A stretch of DNA of 64,000 nt from an uncultured Actinomycetes bacterium (GCA_963720765.1 CAVRGS010000001.1:42281-106280); one strand, 5' to 3'; shown: positions 29,538 to 39,855, counted from the first letter of the stretch. Notes: generated from the letters alone by a model not told the origin. Translations and numbers: made by a program.

Positions 29538-30797
29538 TCAGGAGCGGGCGAGGAAGCGCGCGAGGTTGTCACGCATGATCGCCCGCTGGGTCGATGCCGG
29601 CAGGTGCTCCAATTGCCGCACGTACGAGACCGGGTCGGGCAGCCCTTCCGGGTGAGGGAAGTCAGAGCCGAAGACGAGGCAGTCCGGCCCGACGACCTCG
29701 AGGACACGGTCGACGTTCTCTTCCGGGTACGGCGCGACCACGAAATGCTCCTGGAAGATCTCGCTCGGTCGGCGATCGAGCGAGCCGTGCCGGGTGGGCC
29801 TGCCCATGAGGATCGCGTGGTCCATCTTGCGCAGGAGATACGGGAGGTAGACGGCTCCGTGCTCGATGAGCCCGACGGAGAGCGCAGGGAAGCGCGTGAA
29901 GAGGTTGTCGAAGATCAGGGAGGAGATCGTCTCCATGATCGGGCGATCGCCCCAGTAATTGAGCCACTGAAAGGCGTCGAAGCCGTCGAAGTAATGGGTG
30001 TCGGGGTCGTAGCCGTAGTACTTCCCGGAGACCTGGTACTTCGTGTATCCGAGGTGGATCAACGGGCGCACTCCCGCCTCTTCGAGTCGGGCCCAGAGGC
30101 CGTCGTAGTACGGGTCTGCGGGGGCCCGGTCGTACAAGGGGCCGGGAGGGAGCAACAGGGTCCGTGCCCCGGCCGCGATGCTGCGGTCCACCTCGGCGAG
30201 TCCGGCGTCGAGGTCGAGGAGTCCGACGGTCGCGGGCGACACGATGCGGCCCTCGAAGTCGAAGCCCCAGGTGTCGTCGACCCAGCGGTTGTAGGCACGG
30301 ACGTTCGCGATGTTCGCGTCCGGGTCGTCCCAGTTGTTCGACCAGATCCCGACACCCACCCCGGTCGGGAACATGATCGCGGTCTCGATGCCCTGTGCGT
30401 CCATCACCTCGATGCGTCGCTCCCGGTTCTGGTACGACCCTTGGAGCAGCCGGAATTCCTCGACGATCCGTTCGCGATCTTGCGCGCTCCGGTCGCGGAA
30501 CACGTTGCCCTTGCCGAGCGCGCTCCCGGGCACCGCCTCGACCCGCTGCTGTTCGTGCAACGCGCGGATCCGCGCGTTGTGCTGCGCCGCCTTGTCCGGT
30601 GTGTAGTCCACCGCGACGCGGTCGTGGAACTCACGTTCCAGGTAGGGCTCGAGGATCCCCGGCGGCTCGTAGAAGTGGTTGTCGGCGTCGAGGACGCGAT
30701 ACGGGAGTGAGGTGTCGAACACCACCCGATTCTCGGGCCCACGGACGGCATCCGCAACGCTTCGGCACCGGAACGTCGTTCCGCGCGGCCGGGCCAT
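29538..30797 (-). CDS. amidohydrolase_2 family metal-dependent hydrolase/decarboxylase
   Basis: VLDADNHFYEPP near the N-terminus and FGSDFPHPEG near the C-terminus, typical of PF04909-type enzymes. Start chosen at MARPRG (30797). Confidence 0.8.
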   Translation of the reverse strand: MARPRGTTFRCRSVADAVRGPENRVVFDTSLPYRVLDADNHFYEPPGILEPYLEREFHDRVAVDYTPDKAAQHNARIRALHEQQRVEAVPGSALGKGNVFRDRSAQDRERIVEEFRLLQGSYQNRERRIEVMDAQGIETAIMFPTGVGVGIWSNNWDDPDANIANVRAYNRWVDDTWGFDFEGRIVSPATVGLLDLDAGLAEVDRSIAAGARTLLLPPGPLYDRAPADPYYDGLWARLEEAGVRPLIHLGYTKYQVSGKYYGYDPDTHYFDGFDAFQWLNYWGDRPIMETISSLIFDNLFTRFPALSVGLIEHGAVYLPYLLRKMDHAILMGRPTRHGSLDRRPSEIFQEHFVVAPYPEENVDRVLEVVGPDCLVFGSDFPHPEGLPDPVSYVRQLEHLPASTQRAIMRDNLARFLARS

Positions 30798-30839
30798 CCG
30801 CGGTTGAGGCGACCCGCCCCTGCCTCTACGGTGCCGGGC

Positions 30840-32057
30840 ATGGGAGCACTCGAGGGTTTCCGGGTCGTGGATCTCTCGCAGATGATCGGCGCGCCCTACT
30901 GCACCCAGGTGCTCGGCGATCTCGGCGCCGACGTGATCAAGGTCGAGGAACCGACGACTGCGCTCTTCACCAGGGTCGCGCTGAGCCCGCCCGGCAGCGA
31001 CGAGCGCCACCGCTTCTCCGCGTACTGGCTCGCGACGAACCGCAACAAGCGCAGCCTCACCCTCGACCTGCGCCATCCCGACGCCTTGGTCGTGCTCGCG
31101 GACCTGGTCGCTTCGGCCGACGTCGTCGTGGAGAACTTCGGGTCGCGGGCCAGACGGTCACTCGGCATCGACGAGACCTGGGGCTTCGGAGTGCGCTCCG
31201 ACCTGATCTGGGCCTCGCTCACCGGCTACGGCCGCACCGGTCCCGATGCCGGGCGCGACGGGTGGGACCTGGTGGCCCAGGCGCGCGGCGGGTTGCTCGA
31301 CATGACCGGTGATCCCGACGGCCCGCCGATGAAGAGCGGCAACTCGAGCGCCGACTACCTCGCGGGCCTCCACCTGGCGGTCGGGATCCTGGCCGCACTG
31401 CACCAACGCTCCGTCACGGGTGCAGGGCAGGTCATCGACGTCTCGCTGCTCGAGCCGGTCGTCGCGTGCCTCGACGGGTTCCCGCTCTGGCATTCGATCT
31501 CGGGGATCACGCCGACGCGCACCGGCAACTTCCATCCCGCCCAGCTTCCCGGTTACAGCGTCTTCCCTGCGAGCGACGGCTACATGGTCATCGGCGCCGT
31601 CGGAACGTCCTTCGCGCGCTTGCTCACCCACCTCGAACGGTCCGACCTCGCTACGTCGCTCGCGCCCGGGGACCACGACGACCGCCAGGCCTGGTTCGAC
31701 GAGATCGTGGACATCATCACGGCCTGGAGCGAGGGTCACACTCGCGACCAGATCGCAGCTGCTCTCGACGCGATCGACGTGCCCAACGAGCCGGTGCGAA
31801 CGCTCGCCGAGGTGTGGAACGACACGCACCTCGCCGCCCGCGGCGCGTTCCTCGAGTACGACCAATCCTGGCTCGGCACGATCAGGACCGTCGGGAGCCC
31901 GATCCACATGTCGGGTTCGCCGGTCGAAGTCCGCTTCGCGCCACCAGCGGCCGGCGAGCACAACGAGGAGATCCTCCGAGAGGAGCTCGGGTACGACGAC
32001 GACCGCATCACCGACTTGATCGTCGACGGGGTCCTGTGGGGGAGCGGGGACGCCTGA
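30840..32057 (+). CDS. CaiB/BaiF family III CoA-transferase
   Basis: LEGFRVVDLSQMIGAPYCTQVLGDLGADVIKVE, NRNKRSLTLDL and the GDPDGPPMK loop. Confidence 0.85.
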   Translation: MGALEGFRVVDLSQMIGAPYCTQVLGDLGADVIKVEEPTTALFTRVALSPPGSDERHRFSAYWLATNRNKRSLTLDLRHPDALVVLADLVASADVVVENFGSRARRSLGIDETWGFGVRSDLIWASLTGYGRTGPDAGRDGWDLVAQARGGLLDMTGDPDGPPMKSGNSSADYLAGLHLAVGILAALHQRSVTGAGQVIDVSLLEPVVACLDGFPLWHSISGITPTRTGNFHPAQLPGYSVFPASDGYMVIGAVGTSFARLLTHLERSDLATSLAPGDHDDRQAWFDEIVDIITAWSEGHTRDQIAAALDAIDVPNEPVRTLAEVWNDTHLAARGAFLEYDQSWLGTIRTVGSPIHMSGSPVEVRFAPPAAGEHNEEILREELGYDDDRITDLIVDGVLWGSGDA

Positions 32058-32059
32058 CG

Positions 32060-32672
32060 CTACCGAACCACGGGAGTCGCACGTCGTGCCGGGTTCGTCA
32101 ACGCGGCGAGCACGAAGTCCGCGGCCCACTCCACCCCGTGCTCGCGATCCGCGCCGAGCCAGCCGACCGTGCCGCGGTCGAGGCTGATGCAGAGGCTCTC
32201 GACGAGTCGCCGCGTCTCGGTGCGGCTCGGCGCCCGGGAACACGCCGGTCGCGGCGCCGTCGGCGATCGCCTCCTCCAAGGGGGCCGACGTCCGGCACTC
32301 ACGCGGCCAGTCGTCGAGCTGCGCGAACACCTCCTGCGGGAGCGACGTGAACCATCGGGCTCGTGGCCCGGCCTGCCGGCCGTAGGCGAGGCTCACCACG
32401 CCGTCCACCCACGCCCGAACCCGCTCCTCGGGCGCGCCGACGGCGGTCAGCTCGTCGAGGATCGTCGTCGCGCGCGTGAGTTCCTCACGCAGGAGCTCGG
32501 CGACCAATGCTTCCTTGCCGGTGAAGTGCCGGTAGAAGCCGCCGATCGACACCCCGGCGACCCGGACCACCGCCTGGATCTTGAGGTTCTCGTAGCTCGT
32601 GCGCCCGAGAACATCCCATGCCGCGGCCAGGATCCGTGCCCGATCCCCACCGGCCGGCCCGCAGTCGGACAT
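32060..32672 (-). pseudogene. TetR-family transcriptional regulator with a frame change near 32218-32226
   Basis: HTH region RILAAAWDVLGRTSYENLKIQAVVRVAGVSIGGFYRHFTGKEAL is in the frame of ORF 31158..33419. The C-terminus TETRRLVESLCISLDRGTVGWLG...stop at 32060 is in the frame of ORF 32060..32302. Without the shift the frame has no stop for about 1 kb. Confidence 0.65.
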
Positions 32673-32732
32673 CGGCACGAGGCTAGCGAAGGCGCACCTG
32701 CAGCCGCGCCGCTCGTCTGCGAAGCTCCTGTC

Positions 32733-33649
32733 GTGCGACCTGACGATCCGGCACTCGGGCCGAGTGTGATCACGGTGGGCTGTGCGAATTTCGACGCGGT
32801 GCCGCGCGACAAGGCGGCCACGCTCCACAAGATGGACGAGGTCATCGCCGATGCGGCGGGCCGTGGATGTGATCTGGTCGTCTTCCCGGAGCTGGCGCTC
32901 AACTCGTGGGGCTCCTGCGACCGATGTGCGAACGAGCACCGGCCCTGCGAGTGGCACCGCGGCCAGGCCGAGGGCGCCGACGGCCCCGCTTCCCGCGACG
33001 TCACCGCCATGGCCGCTGCGCACGGCGTCCACGTCATCTACGGCTTCGAGGAGCTCGGCGACCCCGGCACGGACGCGATCCACAACTCGGCGAACGTCGT
33101 CGCGCCGAGTGGACTGGTCGGCACCTACCGCAAGCTCCACCTCGGGATCCCGCTGGAGACCGATCGCTTCACGCCCGGTGACGCGCTCCCGGTGTTCGAC
33201 ACCGACCTCGGCCGGATCGGGATCTCGATCTGCTACGACTTCTACCAGGGCCCCGAGCTGAGCCGGATACTCGCGATGAAGGGCGCGCGGCTCCTCGTGA
33301 ACCCGACCGGCCGCTCCGCGATGCCGCGGGCGCGGGAGCACCTCGAACAGATCACGTTGGTGCGAGCGCACGAGAACCTGGTCGCAGCCGCGTCGGCGAA
33401 CCGCGTCGGTGACCGGCACGGGCCGCCGACCTGGGCGGGTGGGAGCGTGATCGCTGCACCGCAGTACCCCGGGTTCCCCGTCACGCTCGCGGCGCGGGCG
33501 CCGACGAGGAGCTGATCTCGGCCGCCATCGACTTCGCGGCGATCGCCGAGTGGTACGACGTCCTGCCCTGGCGCGAGTGGCGTGCCGGCCCGCAGCGCCC
33601 GATCACCCGCCTGGTGGCCGACGAGTTCGCTGCCCTCGCCGGGGACTGA
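32733..33649 (+). pseudogene. carbon-nitrogen hydrolase (nitrilase superfamily) with a frame change near 33490-33497
   Basis: VVFPELALNSW, YRKLHLG and IGISICYDF (catalytic Cys) are in the ORF 32169..33515 frame. The conserved tail AGADEELISAAIDFAAIAEWYDVLPWREW...stop 33647-33649 is in another frame. Confidence 0.7.
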
Positions 33650-33685
33650 AGCGGCGACCGATGAGTTCGCCGGTCGGGCGCGGTC

Positions 33686-34888
33686 GTGGTTGACGTGAGC
33701 AATTTCGATGCTGCCCGGATCGAGCGGATCGGCGACGCGGTCGCCCAGCACGTGGAAGCCGACGACGTGGGGGGAGTCGCATGGCTGGCTGGGTGTGGCG
33801 ACGACGTGCACGTCGGCGCGGCCGGTCGGCTCACCCGCGGCGAACCTGCCCCGCTCGAACGCGACAGCGTGTTCCGCATCGCGTCGATCACCAAGCCCAT
33901 CACCGCAGTTGCCGCGCTCGTGCTCGTCGAGGAGCACCGGCTTCGCCTCGACGACCCGATCGACGCGCTGCTCCCGGAGCTGGCCGATCGGCGGGTGCTC
34001 GTCGACGCCCACGGACCGATCGACGGTGACACCGTGGCCGCGCGCCGTCCGATCACGGTGCACGACGTGTTGACCTTCCGCTCTGGCATCGGGATGGACT
34101 TCGCGGCACCGTTCCCACAGCCGCTCCTCCAGGCGATCGACGATCTGGGCATCGCCACCGCACCGCCCTCGCCGCAGCTCGCACCCGCGCCCGACGAGTG
34201 GATCCGCAAGCTCGGGACGCTCCCGTTGCTGCACCAGCCAGGGGAGCGCTGGACCTATCACTACAGCGCGGATGTGCTCGGCGTGCTGCTCGCGCGCGCA
34301 ACCGGCCAACCCTTCGAGATCGTGCTCCGCGAGCGCGTGCTCGAACCGCTGGGCATGCGCGACACGTCGTTCGCCGTCACCGACATCGCACGGCTGGGGT
34401 CGTCGTACGAGCGCGATCCGGCGACGGGCGCCCCGGTGGTCTTCGACCCACCCGAGGGGCAGTGGGCCACGATGCCGGCGTTCCCGTCGGGAGGCGGTGG
34501 ACTCGTGTCGACCGTCGACGACCTGTACGCGTTCGGGCGCATGCTCCTCGCGGGCGGCCGCCTGCCGACCGGCGAGCGATTGATCTCTCGTGCCGCGGTC
34601 GAGGCCATGACCACCGATCAGCTCGGCGTGCTGAACGGCGCGCCGGGCCTGACCCCCGACGGCGCGGAGGGTTGGGGCTTCGGGGTCGGCGTGCGGCTAC
34701 GTCGTACCGGACTCGGCCCGGCCGTGGGCGCGTACGGATGGACCGGAGGGCTCGGTTCGTCGTGGTCGAACGATCCGAACCACGACCTGGTCGGCATCGT
34801 GCTCACGACCGACGCGTTCGCGAGCGCGTTTCCATCGCCCGCGGTCATCCAGGACTTCTGGACCGACGTGTACACGGCCCTCGACTGA
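33686..34888 (+). CDS. serine hydrolase (class C beta-lactamase / esterase family)
   Basis: SxxK motif in FRIASITKPITAVAA. The YHYS region and GWTGGLGSSW are typical. Confidence 0.8.
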   Translation: MVDVSNFDAARIERIGDAVAQHVEADDVGGVAWLAGCGDDVHVGAAGRLTRGEPAPLERDSVFRIASITKPITAVAALVLVEEHRLRLDDPIDALLPELADRRVLVDAHGPIDGDTVAARRPITVHDVLTFRSGIGMDFAAPFPQPLLQAIDDLGIATAPPSPQLAPAPDEWIRKLGTLPLLHQPGERWTYHYSADVLGVLLARATGQPFEIVLRERVLEPLGMRDTSFAVTDIARLGSSYERDPATGAPVVFDPPEGQWATMPAFPSGGGGLVSTVDDLYAFGRMLLAGGRLPTGERLISRAAVEAMTTDQLGVLNGAPGLTPDGAEGWGFGVGVRLRRTGLGPAVGAYGWTGGLGSSWSNDPNHDLVGIVLTTDAFASAFPSPAVIQDFWTDVYTALD

Positions 34889-35015
34889 CTGCCTACGTCC
34901 CGTCCGACGCCGGTGGTGTTCCCGCTTCCGGCGCGACGTCGAGCAGTTCACGCCGAGCGCGGATCGTGCTGTCAATGCGGTTGCACGAACTCGCGCCACG
35001 TTGTTTTCGGACACA

Positions 35016-35585
35016 TCACGGAGTGCGGTAACCGTCCTTCGTGAGGATGCGCACGGGGTCGGTGCCGTCCCACTCGGCGCAGGTGCGCGAGACGCGAGTG
35101 AGGCCCTCGACGAAGCCGGGCACGTCTTCGGCGAGCTCGGTGTAGAAGCCGAAGTCGGCCAGCGTGTCGACGAACCCGACGTGCTGACCGCGCACGTGCA
35201 TCTCCGAGACGAGCGGGTAGCCCTCCGCGGCGTACCACGCCTTCTTGCCCGGGTAGTCGGATGTGATGGTGCACAGCTGGTGGATGCGCGTGCCGCTGCC
35301 CGCCAGCTCCCGGTACACGCTGGGTCGATCGCAGTGCTGCTGGATCAGCTCGAATTGCACCGGCCCCGCCTGGGTCACCGCGATCTGCAGGTCGACCTTG
35401 GTGTCGGTGCCGCGGTACCAGCAGTCGGTCTCGATGCGGGGGAACACGTGGAAGGGTCCCATGCCGAACACGCGCGCGAAATCGCTGCACACGGCGAGCA
35501 GGTCGTCGACGACGACCCCCACCTGGAACATGCGGAAGTCGCCGTCGGGCCACTGCTGTTCGAACATCGGAACCGGCTGCATCAC
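35016..35585 (-). CDS. VOC (glyoxalase/dioxygenase-fold) family protein
   Basis: 189 aa. QVGVVVDDLLAVCSDFARVFGMGPF and FELIQQ, typical VOC half-domains. Confidence 0.65.
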   Translation of the reverse strand: MMQPVPMFEQQWPDGDFRMFQVGVVVDDLLAVCSDFARVFGMGPFHVFPRIETDCWYRGTDTKVDLQIAVTQAGPVQFELIQQHCDRPSVYRELAGSGTRIHQLCTITSDYPGKKAWYAAEGYPLVSEMHVRGQHVGFVDTLADFGFYTELAEDVPGFVEGLTRVSRTCAEWDGTDPVRILTKDGYRTP

Positions 35586-35594
35586 GGGCGCACG

Positions 35595-36506
35595 CTACGG
35601 GTTGGGGTTCGGCCGCACCAGGACCTCCTGCATGACCGTGGCCACCCGTCGTCCGTCCTCGTCGTGGACCGAGCCACGGACCAGACCGCGGTGTCCCGAC
35701 AGGGCGACGGTCTCCTGGGTGTGCAGGTGCCATCGGTCGAACCGCACGGGCCGGTGGAACCAGAGCGCGTGGTCGACGCTCACTGCCGCGAAGCCGTCGA
35801 CCGGCCTCCCGCCCGGGTACGAACGGAAGGCCATGTCGAGCAACAGGTAGTCGGACGCGTACGCGAGGAGCGCCGTGTGCAGCAGTGGATCGGCACCGAC
35901 GTCGCGCGGCAGGCGCATCCAGTGCGCGCGGGTGCCGTCGGCCGGAGACCCGCCGAGGAACGTGGGCGCCTCGCCGATGCGCAGGTCGAGCGGTGGTGGA
36001 TGGTCGACCCAGGCGCGCCCGTGCCCGGCGAGCGCCGGAGGGAGGTCGTGCAACCAGTCCTGGAGCAGGGGGAGCTCGTGCGGCGCCGGCCCGTCGAGCG
36101 GGGGGTCGGTCAACGCCGGCTCGTCGGGGTTGTCATGGAACGACGAGATCGCCACCAGCAACGTGCGGTCGCCCTGCATCACCGTGCTGCGCCGGGTGGC
36201 CATGGAACGGCCGTCGCGCACTCGCTCCACGGCCACCTCGACCGCGTGATCGGCGATCCCGGCCTGCACGAAGTAGGCGTGCATCGAATGCGGCGCCTTG
36301 TGTCCGGCAGTGGGCCCGTCAACGGTGGCGCCGGCCGCGAGCAGCGCCTGGGCGAGGGTCTGACCGCCGAACACGCGGGTGAAGCGGTCAGGCTCCGGCG
36401 GTGCGACGAACCGGTCGTCGCCGGTTGGTGCGAGCTCCAGCGCACGCAGCAACCCGTCCAGCGAGGCGAGGATCCGTTGGTCCAGCGGCGGGGTCACGGG
36501 CGCCAT
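35595..36506 (-). CDS. tesB: acyl-CoA thioesterase II
   Basis: Start at MAPVTPPLDQ. FGGQTLAQAL, HSMHAYF, LLAYASDYLLLD and DHALWFHRP are TesB double-hotdog signatures. Confidence 0.8.
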   Translation of the reverse strand: MAPVTPPLDQRILASLDGLLRALELAPTGDDRFVAPPEPDRFTRVFGGQTLAQALLAAGATVDGPTAGHKAPHSMHAYFVQAGIADHAVEVAVERVRDGRSMATRRSTVMQGDRTLLVAISSFHDNPDEPALTDPPLDGPAPHELPLLQDWLHDLPPALAGHGRAWVDHPPPLDLRIGEAPTFLGGSPADGTRAHWMRLPRDVGADPLLHTALLAYASDYLLLDMAFRSYPGGRPVDGFAAVSVDHALWFHRPVRFDRWHLHTQETVALSGHRGLVRGSVHDEDGRRVATVMQEVLVRPNPNP

Positions 36507-36570
36507 GGCTACCACGTACGCTCCGGGACGCCACGCAACGGAACAGGGACGTGGGACGGGGGAGACGTCG

Positions 36571-37494
36571 ATGCTGCAGGACGAGAAGATCCTGGTCACC
36601 GGCCCGGCGGGGCGCATCGCGTTCGGGTTGGCTCGGTCGTTGGTGGGCGACAACGAGGTCTGGGGCATCGCCCGCTTCTCCGATCCCGCCACCCGCGACA
36701 AGGTCGAGGCACTCGGCGTGACCACACGCACGCTGGACCTCGCCGACGGCGACTTCGGCGATCTGCCCGACGACTTCACCTATCTGTTGCACCTCGTCGC
36801 CGACTTCAGTCCCGACGACTACGACCGCGCCCTGCGCGTGAACGCCGAGGGCACCGGGTTCGTGCTCGAGCACTGCCGCAACGCGAAGGCGGCGCTGGTG
36901 ATGTCGACGGTCACGGTGTACAAGCCGCATCCCGATCCGTGGCACGCGTTCCGCGAAGACGATCCGCTCGGCGACGCCATGGCGCCACCCTCTGCGCCGT
37001 ACTCGGTCACGAAGATCGCGGAAGAGGGGGTGGCGCGCTACTGCGCGCGCTCGTTCGACCTCCCGACGACCATCGCCCGGATGGGTGCCGCGTACAGCGA
37101 CCAGAGCGGTTTGCCGGTCTGGCATCTCGATGCCATCGCGGCCGGAGCACCGGTGCACACGCGCTGGGACCCGATGACGTACAGCCCCATCCACGACGAC
37201 GACATCTGCGCGCACCTCGAGCCGTTGCTCGACGCCGCGAGCGTGCCGGCGACCATCGTGAACTGGGCGGGCGACGAACCGGTCAGCGTCCAGGAGTACT
37301 CGGCGTTCTTCGGCAGCCTGCTGGGCGTCGAGCCCGAGGTGGTGGTGACGGAGATCCCGGGCGCGTCATGCGGCTCGATCGCCGACGGCACGAAGCGCCG
37401 TGCGATCACCGGTCCGTGCCGTGTCGGTTGGCGCGACGGGTTCCGTCGCGTCGCCGAGCACTTCTACCCCGATCGTGTGCAGCGACATGGGTGA
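36571..37494 (+). CDS. NAD-dependent epimerase/dehydratase family protein
   Basis: Start at MLQDEKILVTGPAGRIAFGL (Rossmann motif GxxGxxG), with the YSVTK catalytic motif. A GGGGAG RBS-like sequence lies upstream. Confidence 0.8.
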   Translation: MLQDEKILVTGPAGRIAFGLARSLVGDNEVWGIARFSDPATRDKVEALGVTTRTLDLADGDFGDLPDDFTYLLHLVADFSPDDYDRALRVNAEGTGFVLEHCRNAKAALVMSTVTVYKPHPDPWHAFREDDPLGDAMAPPSAPYSVTKIAEEGVARYCARSFDLPTTIARMGAAYSDQSGLPVWHLDAIAAGAPVHTRWDPMTYSPIHDDDICAHLEPLLDAASVPATIVNWAGDEPVSVQEYSAFFGSLLGVEPEVVVTEIPGASCGSIADGTKRRAITGPCRVGWRDGFRRVAEHFYPDRVQRHG

Positions 37495-38635
37495 CGCGAT
37501 CGACGCCGACGCGCTGCTCGATGCGGCGCGCGCGAGCACCGGGCTGGACGACTTCGGCCCGGGTGACTTCCGCGACGGGCTCGAGGTGTTGTTGGAGAGC
37601 CTCGATCGTGACGCAGGACTCCACCCGGCGGCGACCGCCGACGTCGCCGACGATCTCCGACGCCGGCTGGTGAACCGGCTGGAGGTGGAGGCCTGGTACA
37701 CCGATCACCCGACGATCGACGACCTCCCCGTGTTCGGCCCGGTCGACATCAACGGCCTTCCCCGCACCGGCACGACCGCGCTGGCCAACATGCTGTCGCT
37801 CGATCCGCAGTTCCGCAGTCTGCGGCAGTGGGAGCAGGTCCGGCCCTGCCCACCGCCCACGCTCGCGGGCGAGGCGACCGACGAGCGCCGTCTGCAACTG
37901 ATCCGTGAGAACGAGGCGCTGCCCGCGGAGCTCAAGGCGATGCACCTCTACGACGCCGACGCGTCGGTGGAGGACACGTGGTTGCTCGGCATGGCATTCC
38001 ACGGGCAGCAGTACACGGTGCCGGTGTTCGGGTACCACGCGTGGTGGCGCACCGCCGACGCGACCGCGGCCTACACGTACCACCGACGCGTCGTCAAGCT
38101 GCTCGAATCGGAACGTCCACCGCACCTCTGGTTGTTCAAGGCGCCGCACCACAATTTCCATCTCGAGGCCATCCTGTCGGCCTATCCCGACGCGCGCTTC
38201 GTGATGACGCACCGGGACCCGGTGCAGGCGGTGCCCTCGTGGGCGAGCCTGGTCTCGGCGATCTTCCCCGTCGGCGCGACCGACCTCGATCTGCACCGGC
38301 TCGGTCGCGAGGTGTCGAACCACCTGCGCATCGGCGTCGAGCAGGCGATCGCGGCGCGCGCCCGCATCGGCGAGGGCCGCTTCCACGACGTGCACCACCG
38401 CGAGTTCGTCGCCGATCCCATGGGCACCGTCCGGGGCGTCTACGAATTCCTCGGCTACGAGCTCACGCCGTCGGTCGAGCAGGCCATCGCTGACTGGACC
38501 GTCGAGAACCGCTCGGGCGCCAAGGGCACGCACCACTACACCGCCGAGCAGTTCGGACTGACCGACGCCCAGCTCCGAGACGACTACCGCTTCTACACCG
38601 ACCACTTCGACGTCGACATCGAGGGGAAGCCATGA
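37487..38635 (+). CDS. sulfotransferase family protein
   Basis: Start at MGDAIDADALL overlaps the epimerase stop (ATGGGTGA). PAPS 5-phosphosulfate-binding loop GLPRTGTTAL, then FVMTHRDPVQAVPS. Confidence 0.8.
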   Translation: MGDAIDADALLDAARASTGLDDFGPGDFRDGLEVLLESLDRDAGLHPAATADVADDLRRRLVNRLEVEAWYTDHPTIDDLPVFGPVDINGLPRTGTTALANMLSLDPQFRSLRQWEQVRPCPPPTLAGEATDERRLQLIRENEALPAELKAMHLYDADASVEDTWLLGMAFHGQQYTVPVFGYHAWWRTADATAAYTYHRRVVKLLESERPPHLWLFKAPHHNFHLEAILSAYPDARFVMTHRDPVQAVPSWASLVSAIFPVGATDLDLHRLGREVSNHLRIGVEQAIAARARIGEGRFHDVHHREFVADPMGTVRGVYEFLGYELTPSVEQAIADWTVENRSGAKGTHHYTAEQFGLTDAQLRDDYRFYTDHFDVDIEGKP

Positions 38636-39855
38636 CCGACACCACGTCCAATCGCGCCCTGCCCACCTGGGCCGACCAGATGCGCGCGCTCGAACGCGTC
38701 GGCGACAACCTCATCGCGGCGTGGCGGCCCGACGGCGCGACCGCGGCCGAGGAGCAGGACATGAACAAGCTCGCGCTGTCGATCCTGGCCGAGGGATACC
38801 TGTGCCGGGTGTACACCGACATCCGCCGTCCGGTGTTCATGCCGCTGTGGAATTACGCGTTCAACCAGGGTGGCCCCGACCCCGATTACGTGTACTCGAC
38901 CGTCGAGATCGACCCACACGGGATCTACGAGCTCTCGGGCTTCCGCGGTACGTCCCGCTTCGTCGAGATCCAGCCGCAGGCCTACGACATCATGACGCCC
39001 GCGCTCATGTCGGGCCGCGGGGGCACGTCGATGCAGCAGGCGTACGACCTCGACGACCTCACCCTCGACGCCGACGGGGGGTTCCGCGTGATCCTCAGCG
39101 CCGAACGACCGGCCGGCCACACCGGGGACTGGTGGGAGCTCGGTGCGCAGACCGTCCGACTGCTCATGCGCCGCTGCTCGTGCGACTGGGTCAACGAGGT
39201 CGACGCTCGTGTCGCCATCAACCGGCTCGACGACGATCCCGGTCCCGCGAGCGCCGACATGACCCCCGAAGAGGTGGCGCGCCGGTTCTCCGAGCTCGCG
39301 GAGTGGATCGAAGGCACGATCCTGTTCGACATGGGCCTGGTGCGCTACTACCGGGAGCACCACGGCGTGAACACGTTCCTGCGCTCGACCAAGATCGACG
39401 AGATGGGCGGCCTGCCCCGGCAGGCGTACTACGACGGCATCCACGAGATCGACGACGACGAGGCGCTGATCCTCGAAACGCCCCTGCCGTCGGAGTGCCG
39501 CTACTGGCAGGCGTTGGTGGCGGACGACCGCTTCGCCACCGTCGACTGGGTCAACCGCCAGTCGAGCCTCAACGATGCGCAGGCGCACATCGACACCGAC
39601 GGCTGGTTCCGCGCCGTGATCTCGCACCGGGATCCCGGTGTGCCGAACTGGCTCGACAAGGCCGACTTCCCCTGGGGCGTCATCCAGATGCGCTTCTTCG
39701 TTGCGAACGAGTACCCGAACCCGGTGATCGAGAAGGTGAAGGTCGCCGACGTCCGCGCGCACCTGCCCGCCGACACCCCGGTCGTGTCCCCCGAGCAACG
39801 ACGCGAGCAACTGCGCGCGCGACGCGAAGGCGCGCAGCTCCGCCGCCTCTGGTGA
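38632..39855 (+). CDS. conserved hypothetical protein, possibly DUF1214-like
   Basis: 407-aa ORF with ATGA overlap onto the sulfotransferase. GIYELSGFRGTSRFVEIQ and DGGFRVILSAERPAGHTGDWWEL resemble DUF1214-type proteins. The family call is from memory only. Confidence 0.6.
   Translation: MTDTTSNRALPTWADQMRALERVGDNLIAAWRPDGATAAEEQDMNKLALSILAEGYLCRVYTDIRRPVFMPLWNYAFNQGGPDPDYVYSTVEIDPHGIYELSGFRGTSRFVEIQPQAYDIMTPALMSGRGGTSMQQAYDLDDLTLDADGGFRVILSAERPAGHTGDWWELGAQTVRLLMRRCSCDWVNEVDARVAINRLDDDPGPASADMTPEEVARRFSELAEWIEGTILFDMGLVRYYREHHGVNTFLRSTKIDEMGGLPRQAYYDGIHEIDDDEALILETPLPSECRYWQALVADDRFATVDWVNRQSSLNDAQAHIDTDGWFRAVISHRDPGVPNWLDKADFPWGVIQMRFFVANEYPNPVIEKVKVADVRAHLPADTPVVSPEQRREQLRARREGAQLRRLW

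Noticed and set aside
31158-33419. The 753-aa minus ORF and the 448-aa plus ORF 32169..33515 as single large genes
   Set aside because: They are composites. The minus ORF is the TetR gene whose frame, after a frameshift, runs on antisense through the CoA-transferase gene. The N-terminal 188 codons of the plus ORF are antisense to TetR.
35001-37673. The 890-aa plus-strand ORF
   Set aside because: It has shadow-ORF composition. The region is fully explained by VOC (-), tesB (-), the epimerase (+, different frame) and the sulfotransferase.
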